Part shown: one piece after another, positions 17,639 to 24,087 of the stretch | Layout: the number at the start of each line of letters is the position of its first letter | Position numbering within the stretch: the stretch's first letter is position 1 | NCBI GenBank assembly: GCA_965203985.1 | Contig: CBDBDS010000012.1 | Coordinates: 211,907-275,906 of the forward strand | Length of the DNA: 64,000 bases | From: Dehalococcoidia bacterium | GTDB lineage: Bacteria; Chloroflexota; Dehalococcoidia; Lucifugimonadales; UBA3495 | Direction: 5' to 3' | Program-made: the position numbers and the translations under genes | Notes under the pieces: model-generated | Database searches by the model: none | Seen by the model: only the letters and a program-made list of their open reading frames with translations | Told to the model about the DNA's origin: nothing

Positions 17639-18460
17639 ATGACGACATCAGCCTTTCCAACAAGCCCGTTTCCAGGAATGAATCCTTACCTGGAAGACCC
17701 TGATCTTTGGCCGGGCATACACAAGACCTTTATCGCCGGTTTGCAGCGGCTCCTCAGTCCCCAATTGCGCCCCGATTACATGGTCCGGATTGAGGAACGG
17801 GTGTATGTATCCGACGAACCCAACGTCAGCGGGCAACGGCCCTTCCGCATACCCGACGTTATGATTGTGGACGAGGGTGGCGCCGCCGCCCGCGCCACCG
17901 CAATAGAGACGGAACCCCAACAAAACGAGGACGCCATCAACGTGGCGCTCCCTTCAGTTGAGCTGGAAAAAGACCGTTACCTGAAAATCATCAAGGTCAG
18001 CAATCGTGAGGTCGTTGCTGTAATCGAGCTGCTGTCGCCCTCCAATAAGACTGGCGATGGCCGCCAGGAATATCTGTCCAAGCGTGCCGAAGTGCAGTAC
18101 AGCCTTTCTCATTTGGTGGAAATCGACCTGCTGCGCTCCGGATCGCCCATGCCAGTCGTTGGAGACGTCCCCGGTGGCGACTACCGAATCCTGATTAGCA
18201 ATGCCCGGCTTGCGCCCGATGCGTCGCTGTACGTCTTTAGCATGCGCCAGCCGATACCCATCTTCGTCATGCCCCTGGCAGAAGGCTCCGAAGGCATAGC
18301 AATAGACCTGAAACCCGTCATCGACGAGGTGTACGTCCTCGGTTCCTACGACCGGGACATCGACTACTACCAGGACCCGGAACCGCCCCTCTCCGACCCC
18401 GACCGCGCCTGGATCGACCAACTCCTTCGCAATCAGGGGTTACGCAAACCGGCCCTTTGA
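17639..18460 (+). CDS. DUF4058 family protein (restriction-endonuclease-like fold)
   Basis: The N-terminus SPFPGMNPYLEDPDLWPGIHKTFI is the typical DUF4058 start. The ATG lies 1 nt after the upstream stop. Confidence 0.7.
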   Translation: MTTSAFPTSPFPGMNPYLEDPDLWPGIHKTFIAGLQRLLSPQLRPDYMVRIEERVYVSDEPNVSGQRPFRIPDVMIVDEGGAAARATAIETEPQQNEDAINVALPSVELEKDRYLKIIKVSNREVVAVIELLSPSNKTGDGRQEYLSKRAEVQYSLSHLVEIDLLRSGSPMPVVGDVPGGDYRILISNARLAPDASLYVFSMRQPIPIFVMPLAEGSEGIAIDLKPVIDEVYVLGSYDRDIDYYQDPEPPLSDPDRAWIDQLLRNQGLRKPAL

Positions 18461-18520
18461 CGGTACAATCCGCGCATATCGTTCATTCCGACCACACGCC
18501 CAAATCAACGGAGGTATCGC

Positions 18521-19081
18521 ATGACCACCGCCGAATCGAGCCGCCTCCGGCTCGTCAACCCCAAGGGCACCGAACTGCCCCAGACTGAGTTTCGCATGAA
18601 CGACCGCTCCGGCGGCTTGGCCGGCAAGCGCCTGGGCCTCATGGAGAACTCCAAGGCCAATGCCGACAAGCTCCTGATCGAGCTCGGCAATATCCTCAAC
18701 GAGCGCCACGGCTTCTCCGAGATCAAGTTCTACGACAAGGGCCACGCCAGCCTGCCCGCCAAGCAGGAAATGATCGACGAGATCTTGAGTGAGGTCGATT
18801 ACCTCATCACCGGGGTCGGAGATTGAGGGTCCTGCAGCTCGTGCAGTGTGCACGACGGAATCGACATGGAAAAGCGCGGCGTCCCCACCGCTGCCATCAT
18901 CACTCACGTCTTCCTCAACACGGCGCAGGCCATGACCCGCATGATGGGCGTGCCCGACTACCGCTACGTTGTCGCCCAGCATCCCCTGTCCAGCCTCACC
19001 GATGACGAGGTCAAGCAGCGTGCCGCCGACTTGGCCGACGAGGTGGAGTCCATCCTGACCGGCCAGCCTGTCGCCGCCTAG
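18521..19081 (+). CDS. UGSC-family / GrdB-C-terminal-like selenoprotein (predicted Sec at TGA 18824-18826)
   Basis: ORFs 18521-18826 and 18848-19081 share a frame and are separated only by one TGA. Read-through gives ...DYLITGVGD-U-GSCSSCSVHDGIDMEKRGVPTAAII... (UxxCxxC). Only the first ORF has an RBS (GGAGG). Confidence 0.75.
18839..18855 (+). promoter_or_regulatory. SECIS-like hairpin downstream of TGA 18824
   Basis: TCGTGCA-GTG-TGCACGA forms a 7-bp stem with a G-containing apical loop about 20 nt after the UGA. An alternative hairpin is CTGCA-GCTCG-TGCAG at 18832-18846. Confidence 0.45.
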
Positions 19082-19104
19082 CAACCCGCGCGTCGGAGTC
19101 GCCC

Positions 19105-19491
19105 GTGGCGTCTCCCGGCACGTCGCAACCGTCTCGCCTGCCCATCGACCCGGCCATCCGGCCCGGTCTGGCAGGCGAAACTCATTTGACCGTCGCCGCC
19201 GAACACCTCGCCCCGCATACGCCCAAGTTCAGCACCCCGGCCATGGTCATGCTCATGGAGCAGGCGTCGTACCAGGCGGTCCTGTCCCTGCTCCACCCTG
19301 CCCAGACCGTTGTCGGCTACGAGGTCAACGTCAAGCACCTCGCCCCGGCTGACGAGGGTTCAATCGTCACCGCCCGTTCCATCCTTACCGACGTGTCCGG
19401 CAACAAGCTCCGCTTCGAAGTCGAAGCCCACCACGGCGACGTCCTCCTCGGCACTGCTGAACATAAAATGGCCATAGTGCCAACCCAGTGA
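19105..19491 (+). CDS. Hotdog-fold thioesterase (FlK-like/4HBT-like)
   Basis: ...THLTVAAEHLAP...FSTPAMVMLMEQASYQAV...VGYEVNVKHLAPADEG fits the hotdog thioesterase pattern. GTG start with GGAG 6 nt upstream. Confidence 0.7.
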   Translation: MASPGTSQPSRLPIDPAIRPGLAGETHLTVAAEHLAPHTPKFSTPAMVMLMEQASYQAVLSLLHPAQTVVGYEVNVKHLAPADEGSIVTARSILTDVSGNKLRFEVEAHHGDVLLGTAEHKMAIVPTQ

Positions 19492-19504
19492 CCGTCTTAA
19501 TACC

Positions 19505-19543
19505 CAATCATCCCGTCCATCCTGTGCATCCATGCCAAACCGG
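19505..19543 (+). repeat. C-rich/G-poor dispersed intergenic repeat, copy B
   Basis: CAATCATCCCGTCCATCCTGTGCATCCATGCCAAACCGG lies 14 nt after the thioesterase stop. Confidence 0.6.
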
Positions 19544-19577
19544 CCGCATCTCGAGCGGTTAGTATCAGGAGGCCATC

Positions 19578-20144
19578 ATGTCCTGGATCCGAGAAACCGA
19601 CGTCGCCGTCCCCTCGGTGATCAGTTGCATGTCCATCAACCCCGACCTCATGGCGGCGGTCCAGAACCTTAACGCCAAGGCGACCTTCGGCTCGTCCGCC
19701 CTAACCCGCACCCAGGAGGAAGCAATCGCCACCGTGGTCTCCCTGGTCAACCGCTGCCGGTATTGAGCCGTCGCCCACGGAGGGTTCCTCCGTCAACACT
19801 CCGGCGACCCCGAGTACTCCAGCCACATCATCCACGACTACACCCTGGCAGACCTGGACCCGCAGACTCGCGCCATCCTCGATTACGCCGTCAAGCTCAC
19901 CCTGACCCCGGCAGCGATGACCGAAGCCGACATTAGTACCCTCCGCACTGTTGGCCTCACCGACGAGCAAATCCTGTCCACTGTCGCCATCACCTGCGTC
20001 TTCAACTTCATGAACCGCTTAGCCGATGGCCTCGGCGTCGAAATCCCCGAAGGCCGCGAGGCCATCATGGGCCAGTGGCTCTCCGACGCTGCCAAGCAAG
20101 CCCAGGACTGGCTCCTGTCCCCGGACGCCGTTGCCGTCTCCTGA
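19578..20144 (+). CDS. AhpD-like / carboxymuconolactone decarboxylase-family selenoprotein (predicted Sec at TGA 19764-19766)
   Basis: ORFs 19578-19766 and 19917-20144 share a frame, and the 150 nt between them are stop-free with coding bias. Read-through gives ...VSLVNRC-R-Y-U-AVAHGGFL..., which is the family motif N-x-C-x-Y-C-x-x-x-H with the second Cys replaced by the TGA codon. AGGAGG RBS at 19578 only. Confidence 0.8.
19770..19808 (+). promoter_or_regulatory. SECIS-like two-tier hairpin downstream of TGA 19764
   Basis: The outer stem is GTCGCC/GGCGAC (19770-75 / 19803-08). The inner stem is ACGGAGG-GTT-CCTCCGT (19777-19793). The apical loop G lies about 18 nt after the UGA. Confidence 0.55.
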
Positions 20145-20168
20145 GCCGCGGGTACTACGTCGACTGTT

Positions 20169-20196
20169 ATTGCCAGGCGCAAAGCGCCGTGGCAAT
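20169..20196. repeat. REP-like/terminator hairpin of the GGCAATCTCGCC family
   Basis: ATTGCCA-GGCGC-AAA-GCGCC-G-TGGCAAT followed by CTCGCC, 25 nt after the AhpD-like stop. Related copies lie at about 21242-21270 and 21310-21352. Confidence 0.5.
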
Positions 20197-20253
20197 CTCG
20201 CCAGCCGGGCCACCGCCGACAATTCCAGCCAACCCAACCACCCGGAGGTCCCC

Positions 20254-21081
20254 ATGACACTCCTACCATCCGGTCGTCCCCGTCTCCAGGACAAGGTCGC
20301 CATTGTCACCGGCGCCGGCTCCAGCGGCCCCGGCGTCGGCACGGGCAAAGCCGCTTCCATCCTGTTCGCTCGTGAGGGCGCTCGCGTCCTGCTGGTTGAT
20401 CGCAACCTTCAGGCCGCGGAGGAAACCCTCGCCATCATCCACGAGGAGGGCGGCGAGGCCTCGGTAATCGCCGCCGACGTCACCTCTGCTGCCGACTGCG
20501 AGGCCATTGTTGACGCTGCCGTGGAACGCTACGGCGCGTTGCACATCCTTTTCAACAATGTCGGCATCACCGGTCCCGGCACGCCTACCGATGTCGACGA
20601 ATCCGTCTGGGACAACGTCCTCGACGTGAACCTCAAGAGCATGATGCTCACCACCAAGTACGCCGCCCCCAGGATGATCGACGCCGGTGGCGGGAGCATC
20701 ATCAACATGTCCTCCATCGCCGGCGTCCGCGCCGGCAGCGGCCTGGCCAGCATCCCTTATTCCGCCTCCAAGTCCGGCGTCATCGGCATGTCCGAGACCA
20801 TGGCCGTCCACCTCGGCCGCGACAACATCCGGGTCAACGTCATCGCCCCCGGCCACATCTACACTCCCATGGTCGCCGGCGCCATGGCCGATGAAACCCG
20901 CGAAAACCGGCGCAAGGCCGGCCCTCTCGGGGTCGAGGGCAATGCCTGGGACATCGCCTATGCCGCGCTCTTCCTCGCCAGTGATGAGGCTCGTTGGGTC
21001 TCCGGCGTCGTGCTCCCCGTCGATGCCGGCCTCCTCGCCGCTACTCCCCTCGCCATGTACAACCGCATCCGCGACGAGTGA
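20254..21081 (+). CDS. SDR family oxidoreductase
   Basis: The cofactor motif VAIVTGAGSSGPGVG and the catalytic YSASKSG (YxxxK) are present. ATG 20254 has GGAGG 5 nt upstream. The ORF-track start at 20026 overlaps the upstream gene. Confidence 0.85.
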   Translation: MTLLPSGRPRLQDKVAIVTGAGSSGPGVGTGKAASILFAREGARVLLVDRNLQAAEETLAIIHEEGGEASVIAADVTSAADCEAIVDAAVERYGALHILFNNVGITGPGTPTDVDESVWDNVLDVNLKSMMLTTKYAAPRMIDAGGGSIINMSSIAGVRAGSGLASIPYSASKSGVIGMSETMAVHLGRDNIRVNVIAPGHIYTPMVAGAMADETRENRRKAGPLGVEGNAWDIAYAALFLASDEARWVSGVVLPVDAGLLAATPLAMYNRIRDE

Positions 21082-21111
21082 CCGCATCAGACTTACGCAG
21101 TTGGGACCGTC

Positions 21112-21352
21112 ATTCCGGCGAAAGCCGGAATCCAATGACTGAAATCGCTAAACATTGTCGGTTTCAGTCGCCATACCGACGCAGGACTCCTGCTTTCGCA
21201 GGAGTGACGGGGGTGTGGGTTCAAGTGCGTAACTCCTATGCCATTGCGAGCGCAGCGCGGCAATCTCGCCAACGGAGCAATGCCCCGCCATGCGCTGCCG
21301 TCTTTCATGTCATTGCGTCCCCGCGCTTGATGCGGGGGGCGGCAATCTCGCC
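21112..21352. repeat. Cluster of REP-like hairpin elements
   Basis: Successive hairpins: ATTCCGGC-GAAA-GCCGGAAT (21112-31), GACTGAAA...TTTCAGTC (21137-68), ACTCCTGC-TTTC-GCAGGAGT (21186-205), and two ATTGC...GGCAATCTCGCC units. Spurious ORFs here read IPAFAGMT / SGESRNP. Confidence 0.55.
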
Positions 21353-21361
21353 GGCAAAGGT

Positions 21362-21979
21362 GTGTCGATCATAGTCAATCTGTCATCTGCGCTGATCATC
21401 GCCGTCACGACTGGTGCGTCGTTGCTCTACGTGCTGAAACGCCCCCATCTGGACGGCAGACAAAAGCTGATAGTTCTGGCGCTTGCCATGTTGGCCGCCG
21501 TTCCGGTGGGCTTTGTGCTTTTCGGGCTCCTTTCTATGGCGGCTATCATTCTCTTTTGGGATACCGGGGTCGGGAGCGACGCAGTGTTTCTATACCTCTC
21601 GGCGCCGATGGCCGTTCTGCTGAGCTTGATGCTTGCCCTGATAGCCACCATCGTCAACTCCGGCGCAGCCGGCAAATCGGAGACGGTTATGCCGGACACG
21701 TCCGTGACCGCCAGGCAAGGAGTGCCCGCGACGATTGACCGGGAAACGACCGCGGCGGGAACGCCCCGGACGACCGGGCCGGTTGCGCCGGAAACGGGCC
21801 GACTATTGCTGACGGGGACAATCGCCGTCGGGGTATTCTTTCTATTCATCGTCGTGGTGACCGTGGGTAGTTTCTTCTGGTGGGACACCGACCCGCGGGC
21901 TTCGCTCGCCACGTCAGTCGCGCTCTTCGTCCTGCTACTGGTGATGGTTGTTGCCACCATCGTTCACCGCTTTCGGTGA
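21362..21979 (+). CDS. Hypothetical integral membrane protein (start uncertain)
   Basis: There are at least four hydrophobic helices and a central Pro/Thr/Ala-rich loop. The ORF-track start at 21290 lies inside the repeat cluster, so the in-frame GTG at 21362 is preferred. Confidence 0.5.
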   Translation: MSIIVNLSSALIIAVTTGASLLYVLKRPHLDGRQKLIVLALAMLAAVPVGFVLFGLLSMAAIILFWDTGVGSDAVFLYLSAPMAVLLSLMLALIATIVNSGAAGKSETVMPDTSVTARQGVPATIDRETTAAGTPRTTGPVAPETGRLLLTGTIAVGVFFLFIVVVTVGSFFWWDTDPRASLATSVALFVLLLVMVVATIVHRFR

Positions 21980-22020
21980 GCAATCCCACCGGTGCCCTAG
22001 CAGAGTGCCACAGGAACCCC

Positions 22021-22106
22021 ACGAACCAACAACCGCAATCCCATGAAACCCCCGACCCGCAGTATTGCTAACATCATCCCGTCCATCCTGCCCATCCATG
22101 CCAATT
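22021..22106 (+). repeat. C-rich/G-poor dispersed intergenic repeat, copy C (longest)
   Basis: ACGAACCAACAACCGCAATCCC...ATCATCCCGTCCATCCTGCCCATCCATGCCAATTC lies between convergent genes. Its 5' part also matches copy A. Confidence 0.6.
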
Positions 22107-22125
22107 CAGTCCCCGCCGCCCAACG

Positions 22126-23367
22126 TCAGTAAATCACCCCCGCTTCTTCCAACCGCTCGATCTCGCTGTCCGGCATCCCCAGCAACTGCCCGAACACGTA
22201 AGCATTGTCCTCGCCGATGTTGCTGTACTTGCCGAACGGTATCGGCGATACCGACATCTTCGCCGGTATCGACCACGAGACGCTCTCTCCCTCCGTCCAT
22301 TCCGTCGCCTTCACGCCCCGTTCAGCTTCCCAATACTGCGTGTCCTGGTAAAACTCCCGCGATTGCAGGTGCGCGTTTTCGTTCAGGTCCTGCCCCTGCG
22401 ACACCATCCCGGCCGGCACTCCTGAGGCTTGCAGCTTTTCCATCAGGGCCAGCGATTCGTGCTGGCGTGTCCACTCCGCGATGCCTTCGTCCATCGCGTC
22501 TTCGTTGCGCCGTCGACCCAATCGGGTTTCGTACTCGGCCGCCGCCGCCCATTCCGGATCGCCCATCGCCTTGCGGAGCCGTCCCCACTGCTCGTCGTCT
22601 GAAACCGCGATGGCAATGTACCGGTCCTCTCCCGCGCACGGGTACACGTTGTGCGGCGCCGCCCAGGCGTCCTGGTTGCCCCGGCGTTGCGGACCCCGCC
22701 CGTTCACCTGGTAATCCAGCAGCGCCGGCCCGCCGGTGGCTACTCCCGACTTGAAGATCGACGACTCCAGCGTCGCCGTCTTCCCGGTCAGGTTCCGCCG
22801 CATCAACGCCGCGATGATCCCCGCCGGCTGGAACACCCCGGTGTGGTAGTCCGAGTACGAGGTGTTGACCACACCCGGCGGCTCGTCCGGCAACCCGGTC
22901 ATCAACGAGACCCCGGAAAGGTGCTGCACCAGTATCCCGAAGGACTTGTAGGTATAGTAAGGCCCGTGACCTCCCAGACCGGTCTGCCACATGATGATCG
23001 CGTCCGGCCTCTGCTTGCGGATTTCCGGGAAATCAATGCCCCATCGGTCCAGCACGTTCCGCCTGAAGTTGGTCATGAACACGTCGCTGATCCGCACCAT
23101 CTCCAGCATCAGGTCCCGCCCCGCCTCGGTCCGAACGTCCAGCGTGATCCGCCGCTTGCCCCGCTGGTACTCCGGCTGGCCCGCTCCCCGGGACCAAGCC
23201 GGTATGAACGACATCTCGTCCAACACCTTGTTCGTCTCAACCTTGATCACCTCCGCCCCGAGAGAACCCAGGATCCTCCCCGTCAGCGGCAGCGCCACGT
23301 AAGGCCCGAACTCGACCACCCGTATGCCCGCCAACGCCGATGGCGTGTCGGAAGTGAATCCGGTCAT
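22126..23367 (-). CDS. Family III CoA-transferase (CaiB/BaiF family)
   Basis: The N-terminus LAGIRVVEFGPYVALPLTGRILGSLGAEVIKVE and the overall length are typical of CaiB/BaiF. Confidence 0.85.
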   Translation of the reverse strand: MTGFTSDTPSALAGIRVVEFGPYVALPLTGRILGSLGAEVIKVETNKVLDEMSFIPAWSRGAGQPEYQRGKRRITLDVRTEAGRDLMLEMVRISDVFMTNFRRNVLDRWGIDFPEIRKQRPDAIIMWQTGLGGHGPYYTYKSFGILVQHLSGVSLMTGLPDEPPGVVNTSYSDYHTGVFQPAGIIAALMRRNLTGKTATLESSIFKSGVATGGPALLDYQVNGRGPQRRGNQDAWAAPHNVYPCAGEDRYIAIAVSDDEQWGRLRKAMGDPEWAAAAEYETRLGRRRNEDAMDEGIAEWTRQHESLALMEKLQASGVPAGMVSQGQDLNENAHLQSREFYQDTQYWEAERGVKATEWTEGESVSWSIPAKMSVSPIPFGKYSNIGEDNAYVFGQLLGMPDSEIERLEEAGVIY

Positions 23368-23372
23368 GGTTC

Positions 23373-24059
23373 CTACTCCTCGTTGTGCCGGTCAAAAATC
23401 AGGCTACGCACCGCAAAACTGAATCCCGGCAGCAAATCCTCGCCTGAAAGGGTCTCAGGGTTCTCCAGGATTTCAGGCTCGGCCTGCCCGGCCCGGTAGA
23501 CATAAGCCCGACGCTGTCGCGCGTCGATCCCCCAACCGAGTGTTGCGCCGCCCTCCATCCATTCCTGCATCTTGGCCAAAAATGGCGGGAGACGGTCGGT
23601 GCGAGAACGGATTTCGACCACGAAGTCAGGCGCGCCATGTATGGTTCCACGCCGCTCAATGGCGGTCAGGTTATCGTATCGTTCTCGTGTAATCCAGGCA
23701 GCATCGGGAATGCGCTGCGCCCCGCTGGGCAAGCGGAACCCGACGGTTGGACCGTAGCTCATACCTCCGTTGCCGCGATGCCAAACATACAGTTCACCGC
23801 TAGCTACGGCTTCTTCTCGGCTACTTTCCGAACCGGGTGGCGGCATGATTATCAACTCTCCTTGCGCAGAATACTCAAACTGCCAAGGTGGGTTATCAGT
23901 GGAAAGCTGACACAACCGCTCTCCGAAGTCGGGAGCCAGGTGGTCAACACCCAGGGCAGATAAGTTGAGACGGAACTCACCTGTCAGCGGCCAATCCGCT
24001 GCCGGTTCTGAGTCGTCTGGAGGAGCGATTAACGTCGGCTCCGGTTTGACTGTAACCAT
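23373..24059 (-). CDS. Uma2 family (DUF820) endonuclease-like protein
   Basis: ...GELIIMPPPGSESS...PDAAWIT...APDFVVEIRSRTD...KMQEWMEGGATLGWGID fits the Uma2 pattern. Confidence 0.75.
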   Translation of the reverse strand: MVTVKPEPTLIAPPDDSEPAADWPLTGEFRLNLSALGVDHLAPDFGERLCQLSTDNPPWQFEYSAQGELIIMPPPGSESSREEAVASGELYVWHRGNGGMSYGPTVGFRLPSGAQRIPDAAWITRERYDNLTAIERRGTIHGAPDFVVEIRSRTDRLPPFLAKMQEWMEGGATLGWGIDARQRRAYVYRAGQAEPEILENPETLSGEDLLPGFSFAVRSLIFDRHNEE

Positions 24060-24087
24060 TTCGGTATCCTCTGGTGTCGTATAGCGA

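Noticed and set aside
21205-21240. A tRNA-like T-loop sequence (GGGTTCAAGTGCG) next to a hairpin.
   Set aside because: No acceptor stem, D-arm or 7-nt anticodon loop can be built. The neighbouring hairpin has a 4-nt loop. It lies within the REP-like repeat cluster.
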